A DNA stretch of 64,000 bases. It comes from an uncultured Eubacteriales bacterium (GTDB taxonomy: Bacteria > Bacillota > Clostridia > Oscillospirales > CAG-272). Location of the stretch: assembly GCA_934476315.1 (NCBI GenBank), contig CAKSNQ010000005.1:9581-73580 (forward strand), given 5' to 3'. Under the pieces are notes generated by a model that saw only the letters and a list, made by a program, of their open reading frames with translations, searched no databases and was not told the DNA's origin. Both the position numbers and the translations under genes were made by a program. Below are positions 25,170 to 35,238 of the stretch, one piece after another; position 1 is the stretch's first letter; each line of letters opens with the position of its first letter.

Positions 25170-25937
25170 ATGTATTATAACAAGGTTGAAATTTGCGGCG
25201 TCAACACCTCGGAGCTGACCGTGCTGAGCGACGCGGAGAAGAAAGACCTTTTGATACGGACAAAAAAAGGGGACAAGGATGCGCGCTCCGCCCTAATCTG
25301 CGGGAATCTGCGCCTGGTTCTGAGCATTATTCAGCGGTTCACCAACAGACACGAGAATATGGATGATTTGTTTCAGGTTGGTTGCATCGGACTGGTAAAG
25401 GCGGTTGATAATTTCAACACTGGGTTGGATGTAAAGTTCAGCACGTACGCCGTTCCGATGATTATCGGGGAAATCCGACGTTACCTCCGCGATAACAATT
25501 CAATTCGAATCAGTCGCTCTATGCGTGATCTTGCCTATCGCGCGCTTCAGGCGAGGGAAGAATGGATTCGCGAAAAGGAGAGTGAGCCGGATATGGAACA
25601 GCTTGCCAGTAAGCTGGGCGAAAAAAAAGAGGCGGTTCTGCGCGCAATGGAATCCATTGTGGAACCGATCTCCCTGTACGAGCCGGTTTTTACGGAGAAC
25701 GGCGACTCAGTGTATGTCATGGATCAACTCAGCGATGAGAGCGATCAGTCGTGGTTGGAAAACATCATGCTCAAGGACGCGATGAAAACACTGACCGAAC
25801 GCGAACGGCACATTATTACCATGCGTTTTTACCTGAACAAAACCCAAATGGAAATCGCAGACGAGATCGGAATTTCGCAGGCACAGGTCTCGCGTCTGGA
25901 AAAAGGCGCCCTCGACCACCTGAAAAAAAAGATGTAA
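25170..25937 (+). CDS. sigG: RNA polymerase sporulation sigma factor SigG
   Basis: It is near-collinear with Bacillus SigG as remembered: NKVEICGV.TS.L.VL, GNLRLVLS.IQRF, KFSTYAVPMIIGEIRRYLRDNN.IR.SRS and GISQAQVSRLEK. Confidence 0.9.
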   Translation: MYYNKVEICGVNTSELTVLSDAEKKDLLIRTKKGDKDARSALICGNLRLVLSIIQRFTNRHENMDDLFQVGCIGLVKAVDNFNTGLDVKFSTYAVPMIIGEIRRYLRDNNSIRISRSMRDLAYRALQAREEWIREKESEPDMEQLASKLGEKKEAVLRAMESIVEPISLYEPVFTENGDSVYVMDQLSDESDQSWLENIMLKDAMKTLTERERHIITMRFYLNKTQMEIADEIGISQAQVSRLEKGALDHLKKKM

Positions 25938-25954
25938 TTTTGCGCGTAGCGACG

Positions 25955-25997
25955 AAAAGTCCCCGCAGTACCGAATGGGCACTGCGGGGACTTTTTT
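25955..25997. terminator. Bidirectional terminator between sigG and groEL
   Basis: 11-bp stem GTCCCCGCAGT/ACTGCGGGGAC flanked by an A4 run and a T6 run. Confidence 0.8.
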
Positions 25998-26019
25998 GCG
26001 ATATTGAATTACCGCGGAA

Positions 26020-27702
<1,683 letters not shown>

Positions 27703-27987
27703 TCACTCCACGATCGCAAGAATGTCACTCTGACGCACAATGTTATACTCAACACCATCCGCCTTGACTTCCGTTCCCGCGTACTTGCTGGTGATGACCT
27801 TCTGACCGACCTTGACTTCCATCGTTACCTCGTGTCCATCGACCATTCCGCCGGGACCGACGGCAACTACCTCGGCGATCTGCGGCTTTTCCTGTGCACT
27901 TGCGGTCAGGATGATGCCGGTCTTGGTTTTTTCCTCCGCCTCAACCATCTTCACTACAACTCTGTCTGCCAACGGTTTGATAGTCAT
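27703..27987 (-). CDS. groS: Co-chaperonin GroES (10 kDa)
   Basis: 94 aa, reading MTIKPLADRVVVK...GIILT. It lies directly upstream of groEL. Confidence 0.95.
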   Translation of the reverse strand: MTIKPLADRVVVKMVEAEEKTKTGIILTASAQEKPQIAEVVAVGPGGMVDGHEVTMEVKVGQKVITSKYAGTEVKADGVEYNIVRQSDILAIVE

Positions 27988-28067
27988 AATTCAAATACCT
28001 CCTTGAAATTATCGGCGCTCGCCGCCATGCGGAAACTTCCGCTTGGAGGCACGCCGAGAGTGTGACC

Positions 28068-28094
28068 TTGGCACTCTTTGATGCTGAGTGCCAA
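28068..28094. promoter_or_regulatory. CIRCE operator (HrcA binding site) upstream of groES
   Basis: TTGGCACTC-N9-GAGTGCCAA, a perfect inverted repeat. It differs from the canonical TTAGCACTC-N9-GAGTGCTAA by one symmetric position. Confidence 0.85.
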
Positions 28095-28256
28095 ACCATG
28101 ATTATATTTTATACTAATTTTGGAAAAAATCAAGAGCTTTTTTATAAGTTCACATTTTATTTACAATTGTGCGCGGCAGTCGTCGGGGAAAGGGAGGAAC
28201 CACCGGGGTTCGGCGCGCATTTTCACATGTATATCGGGCTGAAAAGGAGAAATGCT

Positions 28257-29651
28257 GTGACAATTTTTTCTTGGTGGAACCAAAACATTCTGGGCGTGGC
28301 TGTCCCGCTTTTTCTTTTGGTCACGGGCGTTTTTTACTTGTTCCGATTGCGGGCGTTCCCGTTTTTACACCCGATCCGCCTACTGCGCTCCGTTCTTGAC
28401 AGCCGAAATCGGACGGACGGAATTTCTCCCCTGCGGGCATTGTCCATGGCGCTGGCTGGAACGCTGGGAGTCGGGAATCTGGTCGGCGTCTCCGCGGCGA
28501 TTGCCATGGGAGGCGCGGGGGCAATTTTTTGGATGTGGGTTAGCGCTACATTGGCGATGCTGCTAAAATACGCCGAGGTGGTGCTCGCACTGGGTCATCG
28601 GGTCATGCTGTCCGGGGGAATCCGCGGCGGTGCAATGTATTATATGCGCGACACAGGAAAGCGGAACAGAACGCTCGGCAAAATCGCGGCGATGGTCTTT
28701 ACCGTACTGTGTTTGCTGGACGCGTTCAGCATGGGATGCGTGGTACAGGTCAACGCCGTTGCGGGGGCGCTGGAAGCGAGCTTTCACCTTCCCGTGTGGG
28801 CAATCGGGCTCGGCATTGCGCTGATTACGCTGGCAGTCGGTGCGACCGGTGCCAACGGAATCTCCGCCTGCACGGAACGACTGGTTCCGCTGATGACCGT
28901 CGGATTTGTGGTTGTTTCCGCCGTGGCAATTGCAGGACAACACGATCGGTTGCCGCATGTTCTCGGCGAAATTTTCCGGGATGCGCTGCATCCGAAAAGT
29001 GCGGCTGGCGGTGTGCTGGGCTTTCTGTTCTCTCGCGGCATGCGCTACGGAACCATGCGGGGACTGCTTTCCAATGAGGCTGGGTGCGGAACCTCCCCGA
29101 TGGCACACGCCTCCTCACAGATCAAGGACGCCGCCACACAGGGGTGCATGGGAATCATTGAAGTTTTTGTGGACACTCATGTCCTGTGCACTATGACGGC
29201 GCTTGTAATCCTGTTGGCATGGGATCATGTCAGCAGTCTGGGAGCGACCCCGATGCTGATGACATTGAGGGCGTATGAGGCGCTGTTGGGGCATGGCGCG
29301 GGAATTTTTCTCAGCATCGCGGTTTTGTTTTTCGGCTTGGCAACGGTACTTTGCTGGTCGCACTACGCAGTCTGTTGTTGCGACTACATGGTCGGAGATA
29401 GCCGGGAGCGTGCGATCGGGCAGTGGACACGGCGGATTTGCCTTTGGATGTACAGCCTGTTTTGCGTGATTGGGGCGGTTGTCGCCCCTGCCGGGGTGTG
29501 GACATTGTCGGATTTTTCCATCGGAAACATGACCTTGATCAATGTGGTGTTTCTGTGCCTCCATCACCGCGAGGTGGAAAACGCTTCGGCGGTGATGGTG
29601 GGGAAGGTGTCACACCTTCTCGGAAAGAAAGAAAAAAGCCCCCGACGATAG
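28257..29651 (+). CDS. Alanine/glycine:cation symporter (AGCS family amino-acid carrier)
   Basis: GTG start with SD AGGAG 7 nt upstream. The protein is polytopic, with G.SP..AL..ALAGT.GVGN..GV..AI..GG.GA.FWMW and NEAG.G.SPMAH signatures. Confidence 0.85.
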   Translation: MTIFSWWNQNILGVAVPLFLLVTGVFYLFRLRAFPFLHPIRLLRSVLDSRNRTDGISPLRALSMALAGTLGVGNLVGVSAAIAMGGAGAIFWMWVSATLAMLLKYAEVVLALGHRVMLSGGIRGGAMYYMRDTGKRNRTLGKIAAMVFTVLCLLDAFSMGCVVQVNAVAGALEASFHLPVWAIGLGIALITLAVGATGANGISACTERLVPLMTVGFVVVSAVAIAGQHDRLPHVLGEIFRDALHPKSAAGGVLGFLFSRGMRYGTMRGLLSNEAGCGTSPMAHASSQIKDAATQGCMGIIEVFVDTHVLCTMTALVILLAWDHVSSLGATPMLMTLRAYEALLGHGAGIFLSIAVLFFGLATVLCWSHYAVCCCDYMVGDSRERAIGQWTRRICLWMYSLFCVIGAVVAPAGVWTLSDFSIGNMTLINVVFLCLHHREVENASAVMVGKVSHLLGKKEKSPRR

Positions 29652-29695
29652 TGACTGCGTCTTTTTGATGACACAGGTGGTGTCGGGGGAATCAG

Positions 29696-30838
29696 TCATT
29701 TATTATAGTAGGCAACCACCAGATCGACAACTGCGTCGTAGTCGCGGGAGCCTTGAATTTTGATGGTAGCGTCATTGACCGCGCCGCTGATCGTGCCGAC
29801 GGTCGAGTCGCGGTATTTGTCAAAAAAGCAACTGTACGCGTACATTTCGTAACGAACATCTATGGAGAGCGTTTGCTTGACCTCGCGATAGAGGTCGGAG
29901 TCGTATTGATACAGCGCGTCCGCAACAAATTCATACAGGCTCAGGTAGCCGCTGTATCGGATATACGCGTCGTCCGACCCGATACATACGAGAAAGGCAA
30001 CAAAATTCGCCTCATCCTCGCGGGAAATGCCGCGTTGGTGCGCAAGCTCGTGCGCCGCGGTGTAAGGAATGGAATAATCCGGGAAAACCGTGTTGATATT
30101 CGCCTCGCCGGTGAAAAAGGTATACACTCCGGTGATGTGCGTGTAAGACCAGAGGTCGCTGGACATGACCGGCTTGACACGACACGGAAAGGTTTCGATC
30201 CATGACTTTTGGGCGCAGAACGTCTCATACGCCGCCGTCAGTTTTCGGTTTAACTCATCAAGCGTGTACGGCATCGCGGAAAAATCATGGTAGCGGAAAT
30301 GGACATTTGCACTCTCCTCGTTGATGTGCTCAACAAGCGTCCGTGCAACGTCAGCAAGCTGCTCCGCGGTCGGCTCCACCTGACGAAGGTCCAGCTTTTC
30401 GGGAGCGTCAATGGTGCGTCCGTTGTACCCGGCGGCAAACATCCAGATGAAGAGAATCAAAAACACGCAGGCAACGCTGAGTAGTTCCAAAAAGTAAACC
30501 CCGACCGAGCGCCAGCTCCCACTTCTGTTGCGGATAGCGTGCGTGAGGACAAGCACAAGAAAGACAGGGAGGAACAGAACCATCGCTTCCGCCAGGGAGA
30601 AAGGAATCCATGCAGTCAGCCGGGCGAACAGCGTCCGCAGAAACTGACTGATGGAACGGTTAAACCCGTCGGAAAAGGACGGAGAGAGCCGCATCACCCC
30701 GTACAGCAGGAGGCTGACCCCTGTTGTGATAAAAATTCCAAGGCATGCGCGGGACAGGCTCGGGCGCTTGGCGGACTGGGGGGAAGAATGTACTTTTTCA
30801 GGGGAGGTGCTTGGCAACAAGGGCGAATTGTTTGTCAT
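29696..30838 (-). CDS. DUF3810-like membrane protein with a putative zinc-metalloprotease motif
   Basis: 380 aa with N-terminal TM helices and a conserved AAHELAHQRGI segment. The family call is from memory. Confidence 0.6.
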   Translation of the reverse strand: MTNNSPLLPSTSPEKVHSSPQSAKRPSLSRACLGIFITTGVSLLLYGVMRLSPSFSDGFNRSISQFLRTLFARLTAWIPFSLAEAMVLFLPVFLVLVLTHAIRNRSGSWRSVGVYFLELLSVACVFLILFIWMFAAGYNGRTIDAPEKLDLRQVEPTAEQLADVARTLVEHINEESANVHFRYHDFSAMPYTLDELNRKLTAAYETFCAQKSWIETFPCRVKPVMSSDLWSYTHITGVYTFFTGEANINTVFPDYSIPYTAAHELAHQRGISREDEANFVAFLVCIGSDDAYIRYSGYLSLYEFVADALYQYDSDLYREVKQTLSIDVRYEMYAYSCFFDKYRDSTVGTISGAVNDATIKIQGSRDYDAVVDLVVAYYNK

Positions 30839-30891
30839 GCTTTCGAGGTGGCTTTTGCAAAAAGCATCCTTTCTGTAATCGTTTGGTTGTA

Positions 30892-31851
30892 TTATTCAAT
30901 AAGAGGTTGATATTCGGATGGGATTATTGACAAAAAACCTGTCGGTAACGGCGCATCGACGGTCATCGCCGTACCGGTGACCGGATGGGAAAACGACAGC
31001 GTTTTTGCGTGCAACGCATGCCCACAGAAATCCGGTACCTCGCCATACCCGTAGAGACCGTCGCCAAGAACGGGGGCGCCGCTCGCGGCAAAGTGTAGCC
31101 GGAGCTGGTGTGTCCGCCCGGTCAGGGGCGTTGCCCTCACCAATGAGCGCACGGAGCCGTCCTCCGTCTGCCACGACGCAACAACCTCATAGCGCGTACG
31201 CGCGACGGCGGCGTTTGGCTCGTCAATGTCACAGACCTCGCGCAAAATCACACTTTTCTGCGCGCGGCGAATGCCTGTCAGTATCTCCCCTTGCTTCTCC
31301 GGCATTGCGCCGCAAAGCAGGGCATAGTATGTTTTCCGGATATTTCCCAGCCGCATATCCTCAGACAGTCGGGACGCGGCAAGCTGTGTCTGCGCGATCA
31401 GAACAACTCCGCTCGTATTCCGATCCAGGCGGGTAATCGGTCGGAAAACCGGGGCGTGGCGTCCGTGCGACAACTCGTAGGCGGCGACGGCGTTCGCCAG
31501 GGTATCGTCAAAATGACCGTGCGACGGATGCGTCGGCATATCTGCGGGCTTGTTGCATAACAGAATATACCCATCCTCGTACAGGATTTGCAAAGGCAAG
31601 GCACGCGGTACGACCGAAGTAAGCGGCGCGGTTGTCATCGCGGAGGTAGCAGAACTTTGATCCTCAATCGCCAGGGAAAGTACCGCGTTCGCTCTCAAAC
31701 GGGCGCGTACCGTAACCGGTTCGCCATCCAGGGTGATCCCGCCGGGCGTTTGCTTCAGTCGCGAAAGCAGACGGGAAGAAACGCGGCAAACCGTCCGGAG
31801 ATATGTCCGCAAAAGCATACCGTCCTGCTGTTCGGATATGATATAGTTCAT
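30892..31851 (-). CDS. RluA-family 23S rRNA pseudouridine synthase (RluD-like, S4 domain plus catalytic domain)
   Basis: Start is at MNYII with SD GGAGGG 5 nt upstream. The catalytic motif is RLDRNTSGVVL, and HQLR lies near the C-terminus. Confidence 0.85.
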   Translation of the reverse strand: MNYIISEQQDGMLLRTYLRTVCRVSSRLLSRLKQTPGGITLDGEPVTVRARLRANAVLSLAIEDQSSATSAMTTAPLTSVVPRALPLQILYEDGYILLCNKPADMPTHPSHGHFDDTLANAVAAYELSHGRHAPVFRPITRLDRNTSGVVLIAQTQLAASRLSEDMRLGNIRKTYYALLCGAMPEKQGEILTGIRRAQKSVILREVCDIDEPNAAVARTRYEVVASWQTEDGSVRSLVRATPLTGRTHQLRLHFAASGAPVLGDGLYGYGEVPDFCGHALHAKTLSFSHPVTGTAMTVDAPLPTGFLSIIPSEYQPLIE

Positions 31852-32081
31852 CGTTTCCCTCCGGAAAAGCGCCATTGCGAGAATACCTGTATTATAACCG
31901 AATTTTCCGATATATACAAGGGGATTCTGTGATTTCTTTGTGAATTTTTGACCCCACGCTGGCGCCGCACGGCATATCTTTCACTCTCCGCGCGTAAGAT
32001 GTTACAGGTGCGGACTATCGAGGACTTACCGGAGATTTATCTTGTCAGTCCTGATAATGCCCGGAATTGCGGGGAAATAAA

Positions 32082-33221
32082 ATGACAGAACAAAGATTTT
32101 CGGTCAGTCGGATGATATTCGGAGCGTTTCTCGTCTTTATAGTCGCGTTGTTTGTGAAAAATTCTCAACTGGCGATTGAATTTGTCAACAAAGGATTGCT
32201 TTTGTGCGCAAGAGTCATGATACCAACCCTGTTTCCCTTTATGGTTATCGCTGAAATTATCGTGCGGAGCGGCGTCGGGGAAATGCTGTCAAGACCGCTT
32301 TGTCGCGCGCTTCGTCCCGCGCTCGGTGTCGGAGAGGAGGGAATGTGCGCTCTGACGCTTGGCGTGCTGTGCGGATTTCCTGTCGGTGCGCGCACCGCGT
32401 CAGCCTATTACCGTAACGGCAAGCTCAGCAAAAGGGAGCTTCACCAGATTATTTGCTGCGGCAACATACCGAGCTCCGCTTTCGTTGTCGGCGCCGTCGG
32501 CACCGGATTGTTCGGCGACGTGCGTCTCGGGTGGATTCTGTTTACAATGGCGCTGTGCGCGGCTTTTTTGACCGGTTGCATCTTTCGAAAAATACTACCG
32601 CACGGAGGGAATTGGGATGCGATTCCGTCGCGTTCCGGGAAAACGACGCCGGGGAGAGAAACTGATTTTTCCTTCCATCTCGGCATGTTTTCAGAGTCCG
32701 TGACGGGAGCGGCATCCTCGATGCTGAATGTTTGCGCAACCGTCATCCTGTTCAGCGCGCTGATCGGATGTCTGACCTCTTTTTGCGACGCATTGCTACT
32801 GCCGCCCGTTGTCAGGACCCTGGTGTTCGGCTTGTTTGAAATGACGACCGGGGTATGCGAGGCTTCCGCCTTGTCCGGAGGCACCACGGCGCTCCTCTTG
32901 TGCGCGGCATTTCTCGGCTGGGCGGGACTTTCTGTGCACTGCCAGATTTTTTCCGTGTGTACGGAGTGCCCGCTGTCGCTTGGCTGGTTCTGGCTGTCGC
33001 GCCTGATGCAAACGGGCTTTTGCCTCGGCGGAATGACTCTCCTTACCCTGACGGGAATGTTTGATTCGCTGAACGTTCCCCGACCGCTTCACAGCACTTT
33101 TTCGGAAACTCTCGGAGGGGGGGCAAAAATTTCTCTGGTCGGCACGGTCTTTCTGATTTTCTTTTTGATCGCGTCAGTCGCGTGGATAGTTCGAATCCGG
33201 CAGAGAAAACGGGTCGGATAA
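32082..33221 (+). CDS. ylbJ: Sporulation integral membrane protein YlbJ-like (nucleoside-recognition/Gate domain)
   Basis: Polytopic protein. The N-terminal segment A...V..GL.LCA.V.IP.LFPFMV..E and the length fit YlbJ. The start may instead be TTG at 32067. Confidence 0.65.
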   Translation: MTEQRFSVSRMIFGAFLVFIVALFVKNSQLAIEFVNKGLLLCARVMIPTLFPFMVIAEIIVRSGVGEMLSRPLCRALRPALGVGEEGMCALTLGVLCGFPVGARTASAYYRNGKLSKRELHQIICCGNIPSSAFVVGAVGTGLFGDVRLGWILFTMALCAAFLTGCIFRKILPHGGNWDAIPSRSGKTTPGRETDFSFHLGMFSESVTGAASSMLNVCATVILFSALIGCLTSFCDALLLPPVVRTLVFGLFEMTTGVCEASALSGGTTALLLCAAFLGWAGLSVHCQIFSVCTECPLSLGWFWLSRLMQTGFCLGGMTLLTLTGMFDSLNVPRPLHSTFSETLGGGAKISLVGTVFLIFFLIASVAWIVRIRQRKRVG

Positions 33222-33255
33222 CCGTCGACCGTCGACTGTCGACCGTCAACCGTTA
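33221..33255. repeat. Tandem heptanucleotide array (5 units) containing three GTCGAC palindromes
   Basis: ACCGTCG ACCGTCG ACTGTCG ACCGTCA ACCGTTA, beginning at the last base of the ylbJ stop codon. Confidence 0.8.
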
Positions 33256-33314
33256 AACTTCCGACTATGTAAGAAAGGAGGCTTTCGTTTTGTGAAAGCC
33301 ATGGTCGCCTACAT

Positions 33315-33638
33315 ATGAAAGAGCACAGTAAAAACCCCTCGTTACGTTCAAAACTCCGGCAGGCATACGACCGTTTGACATTGCGCGTTTGCCGCGCAGA
33401 GCTGACAGGAGGGCGAAATGTTCTCATTCAGGGGTGCCGCGATATCGTTTGTTACGATCCCACGTGCATCTCTCTTCAGGTGGAGGATCCAGACATCGGA
33501 TTTCTGAGCGTGCACGGGACCTCACTTGTTTGCTTGAGCTATCACGCGGATGCGGTCGTGATCGAGGGAGAAATCCGGGAGGTGACGCTTAGTGGGCGGT
33601 GCGAGCGAAGCGGAGACGGTGCAAAATCTGAAAAATGA
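33315..33638 (+). CDS. yqfC: Sporulation protein YqfC (YabP/YqfC family)
   Basis: 107 aa. The pattern L.GG..VLI.GC..I..YD...I.L......L.V.G..L....Y..D.V.I.G.I..V and its position before yqfD fit YqfC. Confidence 0.7.
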   Translation: MKEHSKNPSLRSKLRQAYDRLTLRVCRAELTGGRNVLIQGCRDIVCYDPTCISLQVEDPDIGFLSVHGTSLVCLSYHADAVVIEGEIREVTLSGRCERSGDGAKSEK

Positions 33639-33743
33639 GTATAAAACAGCCGACAATCTGAATTTTTGCCGTTTACGACAATGCTTAACGGAGAAATCCC
33701 ACGCCGATTCCGTAAGAAAGGAAAATTTCGCAAAAGCGAAGAG

Positions 33744-35177
33744 ATGATTATGAAAATGAAAGCTGACTTTATTCTGTTCGGTTACGGGGACTATGTAGTA
33801 AAGAAGCAACATGCGGCTTGTTTTCTCAATTTGTGCCACCAGTACGGAATTTTATACACGCCGCTCGCAGGGGAAACACACTCCGCGCGACACACCAAAA
33901 AGGTTCACGGGTCAAGCACGGGCGAGCGGAGTCGGAGAAAAAGAAAAACAACGCCCCGTCGCAGGATACCACTTCCCGGCGCGGACCATGGCGCGGAGGG
34001 GGAGTGTGGTGGCGCTTCAACCTCTCAGGAGACTGCTGTCTCCAAAGAACAAGCGGATTTAGTAGAAAAGATAATCGATGAGGACCTCCGTATTCGTTGT
34101 CGGCTGAGCTACACCACGCGACTTTGTTTGCTGTGCGCGTCGCGCGGAATCAATATCCGACTGGAGCGCAAGGGAGGGCTCCCCCTTTGGTTTTATCGGT
34201 ACCGCAGGCGCATGGGACTCCTGATCGGCGCCGTGCTTGCGTTCGTCCTTTTCTATATGGCGGGAAACGTGATTTGGGACGTTCGCGTGGATGGGGAGGA
34301 GAGCATCGACGTCACGGCGTTCGTGGACGAATTGGACGAGTGCGGTCTGCGTGTCGGGTCCTGGATTCCCAAGATGGATACGGACGCGATCGAGCGGCGG
34401 ATTCTTTCCCGCTCGGACAAGGTCGCGTGGATCAGCGTGAATCTGAAGGGAACCGTCGCGTATGTTCAGATCCGGGAGCTGATGCGTCCGCCCAAGACGG
34501 AGAATGAATCTTTCGGACAACCGTCCGGACAGCCGGTCAATCTCGTCGCACGTTGCGACGGGATCATCGAGTCGGTGCGGCTCGTTTCCGGGGAGGTCGT
34601 GGTCAAACCGGGAGAACTGGTTCGCGCAGGAGACCTGCTGATCAGCGGCGTACGGGATTCCGGCAATTTCGGATACCGGATACGAACCGCCAACGGGCAG
34701 GTCATGGCGGTCACAGAACATACAATGGTCGTGCAGATTCCGCTCAAACAACAGGAAAAAAGCTATCTGCCGCAGAAATCAGAGCAGAAAACGTTGTTTT
34801 TTTTCGGAAAATCCATAAAAGTTACAAAAAACAGTGGAAATTTCGGGGAGGAATGTGATACAATAAAAAAGATGGAGGTTTTCAGCCTTGGCTCAGGTGT
34901 GCCGCTCCCGATTTTTGTGGAGACGGTTATCGCCCGCCCGTTTGAATGGCGGGAAATCTGCCTGAGCGAACAGCAGGCGGAGCGCATGGCGGAGGATGAG
35001 CTGGAACGTCAACTGAACGAAGCGCTCGCCGATCAGGGCATTTTGCTCTCGAAAGCCGTGAGCCGCTCGGTATCAGAGGAATATTATACGATCAACTGTC
35101 GCTATCGGTGTGTGGAAAATATCGCCGAGAAAAAACCGTTTTCGGTGCAGACTCCGGAAGCGGGAGCAGGCGAATAA
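33744..35177 (+). CDS. yqfD: Sporulation protein YqfD (stage IV-like), with a basic low-complexity insertion
   Basis: Start is taken at MIMKMKADF. It has a single TM helix (LLIGAVLAFVLFYMAGNVIW) followed by DVRVDG... and the YqfD-type C-terminal domain. Synteny is yqfC-yqfD-phoH. Confidence 0.7.
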   Translation: MIMKMKADFILFGYGDYVVKKQHAACFLNLCHQYGILYTPLAGETHSARHTKKVHGSSTGERSRRKRKTTPRRRIPLPGADHGAEGECGGASTSQETAVSKEQADLVEKIIDEDLRIRCRLSYTTRLCLLCASRGINIRLERKGGLPLWFYRYRRRMGLLIGAVLAFVLFYMAGNVIWDVRVDGEESIDVTAFVDELDECGLRVGSWIPKMDTDAIERRILSRSDKVAWISVNLKGTVAYVQIRELMRPPKTENESFGQPSGQPVNLVARCDGIIESVRLVSGEVVVKPGELVRAGDLLISGVRDSGNFGYRIRTANGQVMAVTEHTMVVQIPLKQQEKSYLPQKSEQKTLFFFGKSIKVTKNSGNFGEECDTIKKMEVFSLGSGVPLPIFVETVIARPFEWREICLSEQQAERMAEDELERQLNEALADQGILLSKAVSRSVSEEYYTINCRYRCVENIAEKKPFSVQTPEAGAGE

Positions 35178-35238
35178 CGGGAAGCGCGGCGTCGCCCACC
35201 GTTGACATTGCTTTGAAAAACACAGGAAAGGAAACAGC

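Noticed and set aside
28160-28256. Possible glycine riboswitch in the leader of the AGCS (alanine/glycine symporter) gene
   Set aside because: AGCS genes are often glycine-riboswitch regulated, and the leader has a GC-closed element (TGCGCG...CGCGCA plus TTTT). However, the conserved glycine-aptamer cores (GGAGAG...CACCG.AGGGG...CTCAGGCAAAAGGAC) are absent. At most this is a simple attenuator hairpin. An Rfam scan would settle it.
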